Shown piece by piece: positions 1 through 12,800 of a DNA stretch of 64,000 nucleotides. The position numbers and the translations under genes were made by a program. Position 1 is the stretch's first letter. The number at the start of each line of letters is the position of its first letter. Location of the stretch: NCBI GenBank assembly GCA_051313645.2, contig JBNRSN020000089.1, positions 2,914,001 to 2,978,000 of the forward strand, given 5' to 3'. The notes below the pieces were generated by a model. It saw nothing but the letters and a program-made list of their open reading frames with translations. It did not search any database and had not been told where the DNA came from. The stretch is from Centroscyllium fabricii (lineage: Eukaryota).

Positions 1-1361
1 CATCTGTGTACAATACATCAGGGAATGTCCATCTGTGTACAGTACATCAGACATTATCCATCTGTGAACAATACTTCAGAAAATGTCCATCTGTGTACAA
101 TACATCCGACGATATCCATCTGTGTACAATACATCAGACAATGTCGATCTGTGAACAAAACATCAGACAATGTCCATCTGTGGACAATACATCAGACAAT
201 GTCGATCTGTGTACAATACGTCAGACAATATGCTTCTGTGTACAATACATCAGACAATGTCCATCTGTGTACAATACATCAGACAATGTCCATCTGTGAA
301 CCATACATCAGCCAATATCCATCTGTGTACAATACATCAGACAATATCCATCTGTGTACAATACATCAGACAATGTCCATCTGTGAACAATACATCAGAC
401 AATGTCCAACTGTGTACAATACATCAGACATTGTCCATCTGTGTACAATACATCAGATATTATCCATCTGTGTACAATACATCAGAAAATGCCCATCAGT
501 GTACAATGCATCAGACAATGCCCATCTGTGAACAATACATCAGACAATATCCATCTGTGTACAATATATCAGACAATATCCATCTGTGTACAATACATCA
601 GAAAATGTCCAACCGTGTACAATACATCAGAGAATATCCATCTGTTTACAATACATCAGCCATTATCCATCTGTGAACAATAGAGCAGACATTATCCATC
701 TGTGTACAATACCTCGTACATTGTCCATCAGTGAACAATACACCAGACATTATCCATCTGTGTACAATACATCAGACAATATCCATCTGTGTACTATAAA
801 TCAGACAACGTCCATCTGTGTACAATCAATCAGACAATATCCATCTGTGTACAATACGTCAGAGAACGTCCATCTGTGTAAAGTATATCAGACAATATCC
901 ATCTGTGAACAATACATCGGACAATGTCCATCTGTGTACAATACATCAGAAAATATCCAGCTGTGTAGAATACATCAGACAATGTCCATCTGTGAGCAAT
1001 ACATCAGACAATGTCCATCTGTGTACAATACACCAGACAATGTGCATCTGTGTACAATACATCAGACAATATGCAACTGTGTACAATACATCAGACAATG
1101 TCCATCTGTGTACAATACATCAGACAATGTCCATCTGTGAACAATACATCAGACAATATCCATCTGATAACAATACTTCAGACAATGTCCATCTGTGTAC
1201 AATACATCAGACAATATCCACCTCTGTACAATACATCAGAAAATGTTCATCTGTGTATAATACATCAGACAATATCCACTTGTGTACAATACATCAGAAA
1301 ATGTACATCTGTGTACAATATATCAGACAATATCCATCTGTGTACAATACATCAGACATTA
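1..1361 (+). repeat. 29-bp satellite array, segment 1 (continues off the window start)
   Basis: Continuous tandem copies of CATCTGTGTACAATACATCAGACAATRTC, mostly 0-3 substitutions per monomer. Common variants are GTGAAC for GTGTAC, and AATATC or ATTATC for AATGTC. Confidence 0.99.
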
Positions 1362-1883
1362 CAAAAGTAGGGAGGTAATGTTAAACCTGTATAACACACT
1401 GGTGAGACCTCAGCTGGAGTACTGTGTGCAGTTCTGGTCACCGCACTACAGGAAGGATGTGGCTGCCCTGGAGAGGGTGCAGAGAAGGTTTACCAGGATG
1501 ATACCTGGTCTGGCGGACCTATGCTACGAGGAAAGGCTGGACAGGCTGGGGTTGTTTGCCTTGGAGAAAAGAAGGTGGAGGGGTGACATGATTGAGGTGT
1601 ACAAGATCATGAGGGGACACGATAGGGTAGACAAAGTGGCATTGTTTCCCCTGGTGGGAGAGTCAAGCACTAGGGGACATAGATTCAAGATCAGGGGGGG
1701 GGGAGGTTTAGGGGGGAGGTAAGGAGAAATTTCTTTACCCAGAGGGTGGTGGAAGACTGGAACTCCCTGCCTGTGAGGGTGGTGGAGGCAGGAACCATCA
1801 CAACATTTAAAAAATACTTGGACCAGCACATGAAGGACCATAACATACAGGGTTATGGGCCAGGTGCGGGCAACTGGGGTTAG
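1362..1883 (+). pseudogene. Frameshifted CR1 ORF2 C-terminal remnant
   Basis: The frame breaks in a G10 run (1694-1703). The shifted frame continues RFRGEVRRNFFTQRVVEDWNSLPVRVVEAGTITTFKKYLDQHMKDHNIQGYGPGAGNWG to TAG at 1881-1883, colinear with the C-terminus of the intact element at 22610-22754. Confidence 0.88.
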
Positions 1884-1908
1884 AACAGTGAGGAGTTTTT
1901 CTGGGCCG

Positions 1909-1968
1909 GTGCGGACTGGATGGGCCGAATGGCCCTTATCCGCACTGTAAAATTTCTATGATTCTATG
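1909..1968 (+). other. LINE 3'-terminal stem-loop and octamer tail (subfamily A)
   Basis: Outer stem GTGCGGA (1909-1915) pairs with TCCGCAC (1939-1945). Inner stem-loop is GGGCC-GAAT-GGCCC (1922-1935). The tail TTTCTATG ATTCTATG (1953-1968) matches the CR1 ATTCTRTG-type terminal repeat. Confidence 0.85.
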
Positions 1969-4900
1969 ATTATCCATCTGTGAACAATACATCAGACATT
2001 ATCCATCTGTGTACAATACATCAGACATTGTCCATCTGTGAACAATACATCAGACATTATCCATCTGAGTACAATACGTCAGACAATATCCATCTGTGTA
2101 CAATACATGAGAAAATATCCATCTGTGTGCAATCCATCAGACAATATCCATCTGTGTACAATACATCAGGGAATGTCCATCTGTGTACAGTACATCAGAC
2201 ATTATCCATCTGTGAACAATACTTCAGACAATGTCCATCTGTGTACAATACATCAGACGATATCCATCTGTGTACAATACATCAGACAATGTCGATCTGT
2301 GAACAAAACATCAGACAATGTCCATCTGTGGACAACACATCAGACAATGTCGATCTGTGTACAATACGTCAGACAATATGCTTCTGTGTACAATACATCA
2401 GACAATGTCCATCTGTGTACAATACATCAGACAATGTCCATCTGTGAACCATACATCAGACAATATCCATCTGTGTACATACATCAGACAATATCCATCT
2501 GTGTACAATACATCAGACAATTTCCATCTGTGAACTCTACATCAGACAATGTCCAACTGTGTACAATACATCAGACATAGTCCATCTGTGTACAATACAT
2601 CAGATATTATCCATCTGTGTACAATACATCAGAAAATGCCCATCAGCGTACAATGCATCAGACAATGGCCATCTGTGAACAATACATCAGACAATATCCA
2701 TCTGTGTACAATATGTCAGACAATATCCATCAGAGTACAATACATCAGAAAATGTCCAATCGTGTACAATACATCAGACAATATCCATCTGTGTACAATA
2801 CATCAGCCATTATCCATCTGTGAACAATAGAGCAGACATTATCCATCTGTGTACAATACCTCGGACATTGTCCATCAGTGAACAATACACCAGACATTAT
2901 CCATCTGTGTACAATACATCAGACAATATCCATCTGTGTACTATAAATCAGACAATGTCCATCTGTGTACAATCAATCAGACAATATCCATCTGTGTACA
3001 ATACGTCAGAGAACGTCCATCTGTGTAGAGTATATCAGACAATATCCATCTCTGAACAATACATCGGACAATGTCCATCTGTGTACAATACATCAGAAAA
3101 TATCCAGCTGTGTAGAATACATCAGACAATGTCCATCTGTGAGCAATACATTAGACAATGTCCATCTGTGTACAATACACCTGACAATGTGCATCTGTGT
3201 ACAATACATCAGACAATATGCAACTGTGTACAATACATCAGACAATGTCCATCTGTGTACAATACATCAGACAATGTCCATCTGTGTACAATACATCACA
3301 CATTATCCATCCGCGTACAATACATCAGAAAATGTTCATCTGTGTACAATACATCAGTTAATTTCCTCTGTGAACAATACATCAGACAATATCCATCTGT
3401 GTACAAAACATCAGACATTGTCCATCTGTGAACAATACATCAGAAAATACCATCTGTGTACAATACATCAGACATTGTCCGTCTGTGTACAATACATCAG
3501 ACAATGTCCATCTGTGAACAATACATCAGACAATGTCCATCTGTGTACAATACATCAGACAATGTCCATCTGTGAACAATACATCAGACAATATCCATCT
3601 GTGTACAATACATCAGACAATGTCCATCTGTGAACAATACATCAGACAATGTCCATCTGTGAACAATACATCAGACATTGTCCATCTGTTTACAATACTT
3701 CAGAGATTTTCCATCTGTGTACAATACGTCAGACATTGTCCACCTGTGTACAATGCATCAGACAGTATCCATCTGTGTACAATATATTAGACAATGTCCA
3801 TCTGTGAACAATACATCAGACAATGTTCATCTGTGTACAATACATCAGACAATATCCATCTGTGAACATTACATCAGACAATGTCCATCTTTGTACAATA
3901 TATCAGAAAATTTCCATCTGTGAACAATCCATAAGACAATATCCATCTGTGCACAGTAAATCAGACAATGTGCATCTGTGTACAATAGATCAGAAAATGT
4001 CCATGTGTGATCAATACATAAGACATTATCCAACTGTGCACAATATATCAGACATTATCCATCTGTGTACAACACATCAGAAAATTTCCATCTGTGAACA
4101 ATACATAAGACATTATCCATCTGTGTACAATAAGTCAGACAATGTCCATTTGTGAACAAAACATCAGACAATATCCATCTGTGAACAATACATCAGACAA
4201 TGTCCATCTGTGTGCAATACTTCAGACAATTTCCATCTGTGTACAATACATCAGACAATATCCATCTGTGTACAGTACTTCAGACAAAGTCCATCTGTGT
4301 ACAATACATCAGAAAATATCCATCTGTGTACAATACAACACACAATGTCCATCTGTGAACAATACATCAGACAATGTCCATCTGTGACAATAAATCATAC
4401 AATGTCCATCTGTGTACATTACATCAGACAATGTCCATCTGTGTACAATACATCAGACAATGTCCTTCTGTGTAGAATACATCAGACAATGTCCATCTGT
4501 GTACATTACATCAGAAAATGTCCATCTGTGTACAATACATCAGACATTTTCCATCTGTAAACAATACATCAGACAATAACCATCTGTGTACAATACATCA
4601 GACAATATCCACCTCTGTACAATACATCAGAAAATGTTCATCTGTGTATAATACATCAGACAATATCCACTTGTGTACAATACATCAGAAAATGTCCATC
4701 TGTGTACAATATATCAGACAATATCCATCTGTGTACAATACATCAGACATTATCCATCTGTGAACAATACATCAGACATTATCCATCTGTGTACAATACA
4801 TCAGACATTGTCCATCTGTGAACAATACATCAGACATTATCCATCTGTGTACAATACGTCAGACAATATCCATCTGTGTACAATACATGAGAAAATATCC

Positions 4901-6289
4901 ATCTGTGTGCAATCCATCAGACAATATCCATCTGTGTACAATACATCAGGGAATGTCCATCTGTGTACAGTACATCAGACATTATCCATCTGTGAACAAT
5001 ACTTCAGAAAATGTCCATCTGTGTACAATACATCCGACGATATCCATCTGTGTACAATACATCAGACAATGTCGATCTGTGAACAAAACATCAGACAATG
5101 TCCATCTGTGGACAATACATCAGACAATGTCGATCTGTGTACAATACGTCAGACAATATGCTTCTGTGTACAATACATCAGACAATGTCCATCTGTGTAC
5201 AATACATCAGACAATGTCCATCTGTGAACCATACATCAGCCAATATCCATCTGTGTACAATACATCAGACAATATCCATCTGTGTACAATACATCAGACA
5301 ATGTCCATCTGTGAACAATACATCAGACAATGTCCAACTGTGTACAATACATCAGACATTGTCCATCTGTGTACAATACATCAGATATTATCCATCTGTG
5401 TACAATACATCAGAAAATGCCCATCAGTGTACAATGCATCAGACAATGCCCATCTGTGAACAATACATCAGACAATATCCATCTGTGTACAATATATCAG
5501 ACAATATCCATCTGTGTACAATACATCAGAAAATGTCCAACCGTGTACAATACATCAGAGAATATCCATCTGTTTACAATACATCAGCCATTATCCATCT
5601 GTGAACAATAGAGCAGACATTATCCATCTGTGTACAATACCTCGTACATTGTCCATCAGTGAACAATACACCAGACATTATCCATCTGTGTACAATACAT
5701 CAGACAATATCCATCTGTGTACTATAAATCAGACAACGTCCATCTGTGTACAATCAATCAGACAATATCCATCTGTGTACAATACGTCAGAGAACGTCCA
5801 TCTGTGTAAAGTATATCAGACAATATCCATCTGTGAACAATACATCGGACAATGTCCATCTGTGTACAATACATCAGAAAATATCCAGCTGTGTAGAATA
5901 CATCAGACAATGTCCATCTGTGAGCAATACATCAGACAATGTCCATCTGTGTACAATACACCAGACAATGTGCATCTGTGTACAATACATCAGACAATAT
6001 GCAACTGTGTACAATACATCAGACAATGTCCATCTGTGTACAATACATCAGACAATGTCCATCTGTGAACAATACATCAGACAATATCCATCTGATAACA
6101 ATACTTCAGACAATGTCCATCTGTGTACAATACATCAGACAATATCCACCTCTGTACAATACATCAGAAAATGTTCATCTGTGTATAATACATCAGACAA
6201 TATCCACTTGTGTACAATACATCAGAAAATGTACATCTGTGTACAATATATCAGACAATATCCATCTGTGTACAATACATCAGACATTA
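1969..6289 (+). repeat. 29-bp satellite array, segment 2
   Basis: Same monomer and orientation; resumes at ATTATCC in phase with segment 1. Confidence 0.99.
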
Positions 6290-6896
6290 CAAAAGTAGGG
6301 AGGTAATGTTAAACCTGTATAACACACTGGTGAGACCTCAGCTGGAGTACTGTGTGCAGTTCTGGTCACCGCACTACAGGAAGGATGTGGCTGCCCTGGA
6401 GAGGGTGCAGAGAAGGTTTACCAGGATGATACCTGGTCTGGCGGACCTATGCTACGAGGAAAGGCTGGACAGGCTGGGGTTGTTTGCCTTGGAGAAAAGA
6501 AGGTGGAGGGGTGACATGATTGAGGTGTACAAGATCATGAGGGGACACGATAGGGTAGACAAAGTGGCATTGTTTCCCCTGGTGGGAGAGTCAAGCACTA
6601 GGGGACATAGATTCAAGATCAGGGGGGGGGGAGGTTTAGGGGGGAGGTAAGGAGAAATTTCTTTACCCAGAGGGTGGTGGAAGACTGGAACTCCCTGCCT
6701 GTGAGGGTGGTGGAGGCAGGAACCATCACAACATTTAAAAAATACTTGGACCAGCACATGAAGGACCATAACATACAGGGTTATGGGCCAGGTGCGGGCA
6801 ACTGGGGTTAGAACAGTGAGGAGTTTTTCTGGGCCGGTGCGGACTGGATGGGCCGAATGGCCCTTATCCGCACTGTAAAATTTCTATGATTCTATG
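6290..6896 (+). mobile_element. CR1-clade LINE 3' fragment, subfamily A, copy 2
   Basis: Appears identical to 1362-1968, including the truncation point, both junctions and the G10 frameshift. Confidence 0.95.
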
Positions 6897-9800
6897 ATTA
6901 TCCATCTGTGAACAATACATCAGACATTATCCATCTGTGTACAATACATCAGACATTGTCCATCTGTGAACAATACATCAGACATTATCCATCTGAGTAC
7001 AATACGTCAGACAATATCCATCTGTGTACAATACATGAGAAAATATCCATCTGTGTGCAATCCATCAGACAATATCCATCTGTGTACAATACATCAGGGA
7101 ATGTCCATCTGTGTACAGTACATCAGACATTATCCATCTGTGAACAATACTTCAGACAATGTCCATCTGTGTACAATACATCAGACGATATCCATCTGTG
7201 TACAATACATCAGACAATGTCGATCTGTGAACAAAACATCAGACAATGTCCATCTGTGGACAACACATCAGACAATGTCGATCTGTGTACAATACGTCAG
7301 ACAATATGCTTCTGTGTACAATACATCAGACAATGTCCATCTGTGTACAATACATCAGACAATGTCCATCTGTGAACCATACATCAGACAATATCCATCC
7401 GTGTACAATACATCAGACAATATCCATCTGTGTACAATACATCAGACAATGTCCATCTGTGAACTCTACATCAGACAATGTCCAACTGTGTACAATACAT
7501 CAGACATAGTCCATCTGTGTACAATACATCAGATATTATCCATCTGTGTACAATACATCAGAAAATGCCCATCAGCGTACAATGCATCAGACAATGGCCA
7601 TCTGTGAACAATACATCAGACAATATCCATCTGTGTACAATATGTCAGACAATATCCATCAGAGTACAATACATCAGAAAATGTCCAATCGTGTACAATA
7701 CATCAGACAATATCCATCTGTGTACAATACATCAGCCATTATCCATCTGTGAACAATAGAGCAGACATTATCCATCTGTGTACAATACCTCGGACATTGT
7801 CCATCAGTGAACAATACACCAGACATTATCCATCTGTGTACAATACATCAGACAATATCCATCTGTGTACTATAAATCAGACAATGTCCATCTGTGTACA
7901 ATCAATCAGACAATATCCATCTGTGTACAATACGTCAGAGAACGTCCATCTGTGTAGAGTATATCAGACAATATCCATCTCTGAACAATACATCGGACAA
8001 TGTCCATCTGTGTACAATACATCAGAAAATATCCAGCTGTGTAGAATACATCAGACAATGTCCATCTGTGTGCAATACATCAGACAATGTCCATCTGTGT
8101 ACAATACACCTGACAATGTGCATCTGTGTACAATACATCAGACAATATGCAACTGTGTACAATACATCAGACAATGTCCATCTGTGTACAATACATCAGA
8201 CAATGTCCATCTGTGAACAATACATCAGACAATATCCATCTGATAACAATACTTCAGGCAATGTCCATCTGTGTACAATACATCAGACAATGTCCATCTG
8301 TGTACAATACATCAGACAAATGTCCATCTGTGTACAATACATCAGACAATATCCATCTGTGAACAATATATCAGACAGTTTCCATCTGTGAACAATACAT
8401 CAGACAATATCCATCTTTGTACAATAGATCAGAAAATGTCCATCTCTGAATAATATATCAGAGAATATCCATCTGTGTACAATACATCAGACAAATGTCC
8501 ATCTGTGTACAATACATCAGCCAATATCCATCAGTGTACAACACATCAGACAATTTCCATCTGTGTACAATACATCAGACAATATCCATCTGTGAACTAT
8601 ATATCAGAAAATGTCCATCTGTGCACAATACATAAGACATTATCAATCTGGGTACAATACATCTGACATTAATCATCTGTGTAGAACACATCAGACAATA
8701 TCCATCTCTGTATAATGCATCAGAAAATGTCCATCTGTGTACCATACATCAGACATTATCCATCTGTGAACAATACATCAGACAATATCCATCTGTGTAC
8801 AATAAATCAGACAATATCCATCTGTGTACAATACATCAGAAAATGTCCGTCTGTGTACAATACATCAGACAATATCCATCTCTGTACAATACATCAGATA
8901 TTATCCATCTGTGAACAATACATCGGACATTATCCATCTGTGTACAATACATCAGACATTTTCCATCTGTGAACAATATATCAGACATTATCCATCAGTG
9001 TACATTACATCAGACAATATCCATCTGTGTACAATACACCAGAGAATGTCCAACTGTGAACAATACATCAGACAATACCCATCTGTGTACAATACATCAG
9101 ACAATGTCCATCTGCGTACAATACATCAGACAATGTCCATCTGTGAACAATACATCAGACAATATCCATCTGTGTACAATACATCAGACAATGTCCATCT
9201 GTGAACAATACATCAGACAATGTCCATCTGTGAACAATACATCAGACATTGTCCATCTGTGTTCAATACATCAGAGATTTTCCATCTGTGTACAATACAT
9301 CAGACATTGTCCATCTGTGTACAATGCATCAGACAGTATCCATCTGTGTACAATACATTAGACAATGTCCATCTGTGAACAATACATCAGACAATGTCCG
9401 TCTGTGGACAATACATCAGACAATGTCCATCTGTGTACAATACATCAGACAATGTCCATCTGTGTACAATACATCAGACAATATCCATCTGTGAACATTA
9501 CATCAGACAATGTCCATCTTTGTACAATATATCAGAAAATTTCCATCTGTGAACAATCCATAAGACAATATCCATCTGTGCACATTAAATCAGACAATGT
9601 GCATCTGTGTACAATAGATCAGAAAATGTCCATGTGTGAACAATACATAAGACATTATCCAACTGTGTACAATACATCAGACATTATCCATCTGTGTACA
9701 ACACATCAGAAAATTTCCATCTGTGAACAATACATAAGACATTATCCATCTGTGTACAATAAATCAGACAATGTCCATTTGTGAACAAAACATCAGACAA

Positions 9801-12800
9801 TATCCATCTGTGAACAATACATCATACAATGTCCATCTGTGTGCAATACATCAGACAATTTCCATCTGTGTACAATACATCAGACAATATCCATCTGTGT
9901 ACAGTACATCAGACAAAGTCCATCTGTGTACAATACATCAGAAAATATCCATCTGTGTACAATACATCACACAATGTCCATCTGTGAACAATACATCAGA
10001 CAATGTCCATCTGTGTACAATAAATCATACAATGTCCATCTGTGTACATTAAATCAGACAATGTCCATCTGTGAACAATACATCAGACAATGTCCTTCTG
10101 TGTAGAATACATCAGACAATGTCCATCTGTGTACATTACATCTGAAAATGTCCATCTGTGTACAATACATCAGACATTATCCATCTGTAAACAATACATC
10201 AGACAATAACAATCTGTGTACAATACATCAGACAATATCCACCTCTGTACAATACATCAGAAAATGTTCATCTGTGTATAATACATCAGACAATATCCAC
10301 TTGTGTACAATACATCAGAAAATGTCCATCTGTGTACAATATATCAGACAATATCCATCTGTGTACAATACATCAGACATTATCCATCTGTGAACAATAC
10401 ATCAGACATTATCCGTCTGCGTACAATACATCAGACATTTTCCATCTGTGAACAATACATCAGACATTATCCATCTGTGTACAATACGTCAGACAATATC
10501 CATCTGTGTACAATACATGAGAAAATATCCATCTGTGTGCAATCCATCAGACAATATCCATCTGTGTACAATACATCAGGGAATGTCCATCTGTGTACAG
10601 TACATCAGACATTATCCATCTGTGAACAATACTTCAGACAATGTCCATCTGTGTACAATACATCCGACGATATCCATCTGTGTACAATACATCAGACAAT
10701 GTCGATCTGTGAACAAAACATCAGACAATGTCCATCTGTGGACAATACATCAGACAATGTCGATCTGTGTACAATACGTCAGACAATATGCTTCTGTGTA
10801 CAATACATCAGACAATGTCCATCTGTGTACAATACATCAGATAATGTCCATCTGTGAACCATACATCAGACAATATCCATCTGTGTACAATACATCAGAC
10901 AATATCCATCTGTGTACAATACATCAGACAATGTCCATCTGTGAACAATACATCAGACAATGTCCAACTGTGTACAATACATCAGATATTGTCCATCTGT
11001 GTACAATACATCAGATATTATCCATCTGTGTACAATACATCAGAAAATGCCCATCAGTGTACAATGCATCAGACAATGTCCATCTGTGAATAATACATCA
11101 GAAATTATCCATCTGTGTACAATATATCAGACAATATCCATCTGTGTACAATACATCAGAAAATGTCCAACCGTGTACAATACATCAGACAATATCCATC
11201 TGTTTACAATACATCAGCCATTATCCATCTGCCAACAATTGAGCAGACATTATCCATCTGTGTACAATACCTCGGACATTGTCCATCAGTGAACAATACA
11301 CCAGACATTATCCATCTGTGTACAATACATCAGACAATATCCATCTGTGTACTATAAATCAGACAATGTCCATCTGTGTACAATCTATCAGACAATATCC
11401 ATCTGTGTACAATACGTCAGAGAACGTCCATCTGTGTAGAGTATATCAGACAATATCCATCTGTGAACAATACATCGGACAATGTCCATCTGTGTACAAT
11501 ACATCAGAAAATATCCAGCTGTGTAGAATACATCAGACAATGTCCATCTGTGAGCAATACATCAGACAATGTCCATCTGTGTACAATACACCAGACAATG
11601 TGCATCTGTGTACAATATATCAGACAATATGCAACTGTGTACAATACATCAGACAATGTCCATCTGTGTACAATACATCAGACAATGTCCATCTGTGAAC
11701 AATACATCAGACAATATCCATCTGATAACAATACTTCAGACAATGTCCATCTGTGTACAATACATCAGACAATGTCCATCTGTGTACAATACATCAGACA
11801 AATGTCGATCTGTGTACAATACATCAGAAAATATCCAGCTGTGTAGAATACATCAGACAATGTCCATCTGTGAGCAATACATCAGACAATGTCCATCTGT
11901 GTACAATACACCAGACAATGTGCATCTGTGTACAATACATCAGACAATATGCAACTGTGTACAATACATCAGACAATGTCCATCTGTGTACAATACATCA
12001 GACAATGTCCATCTGTTAACAATACATCAGACAATATCCATCTGATAACAATACTTCAGACAATGTCCATCTGTGTACAATACATCAGACAATGTCCATC
12101 TGTGTACAATACATCAGACAAATGTCCATCTGTGTACAATATATCAGACAATATCCATCTGTGTACAATACATCAGACATTATCCATCTGTGAACAATAC
12201 ATCAGACATTATCCATCTGTGTTCAATACATCAGACATTGTCCATCTGTGAACAATACATCGGACATTATCCATCTGTGTACAATACATCAGACATTTTC
12301 CATCTGTGAACAATATATCAGACATTATCCATCAGTGTACAATACATCAGACAATATCCATCTGTGTACAATACACCAGAGAATGTCCAACTGTGAACAA
12401 TACATCAGACAATACCCATCTGTGTACATTATATCAGAAAATGTCCATCTGTGAACAATACAAAAGACAATATCCATCTGTCTACAATACATCAGACATT
12501 ATCCATCTGTGTACAATACATGAGAAAATGTCCATCTGTGTTCAATCCATCAGACAATATCCATCTGTGTACAATATATCAGAAAATGTGCATATGTGTA
12601 CAATACATCAGACATTATCCATCTGTGAACAATACTTCAGACAATGTCCATCTGTGTACAATACATCAGACAATATCCATCTGTGTACAATACATCAGAC
12701 AATGTGCATCTGTGTACAATACATCAGACAATATGCAACTGTGTACAATACATCAGACAATGACCATCTGTGTACAATACATCAGACAATGTCCATCTGT

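Larger units (their letters stand above)
1362..1968 (+). mobile_element. CR1-clade LINE 3' fragment, subfamily A, copy 1 (5'-truncated)
   Basis: Encodes a CR1 ORF2 C-terminus (KSREVMLNLYNTLVRPQLEYCVQFWSPHYRKDVAALERVQRRFTRMIPGL...), followed by a 3' UTR stem-loop and a TTTCTATG-ATTCTATG octamer tail. ATTA flanks both sides (1358-1361, 1969-1972). The empty homologous site is at 4748/4749. Confidence 0.95.
1..8200 (+). repeat. 4928-bp-offset segmental duplication carrying the LINE fragment (1-~3270 vs 4929-~8200)
   Basis: ORF-track translations recur at +4928 (170/5098, 586/5514, 1282/6210, 1980/6908) and at +4929 after a 1-bp indel (2549/7478, 2820/7749). The left boundary is outside the window and the right boundary is approximate. 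Confidence 0.9.

Noticed and set aside
1708-1716. TTAGGG as telomeric sequence
   Set aside because: It is a single hexamer inside LINE coding sequence, and there is no telomeric array in the window.
6290-6896. Counting copy 2 as a third independent site-specific insertion
   Set aside because: The identical truncation point and kilobases of matching flanks show it is a duplication of copy 1.
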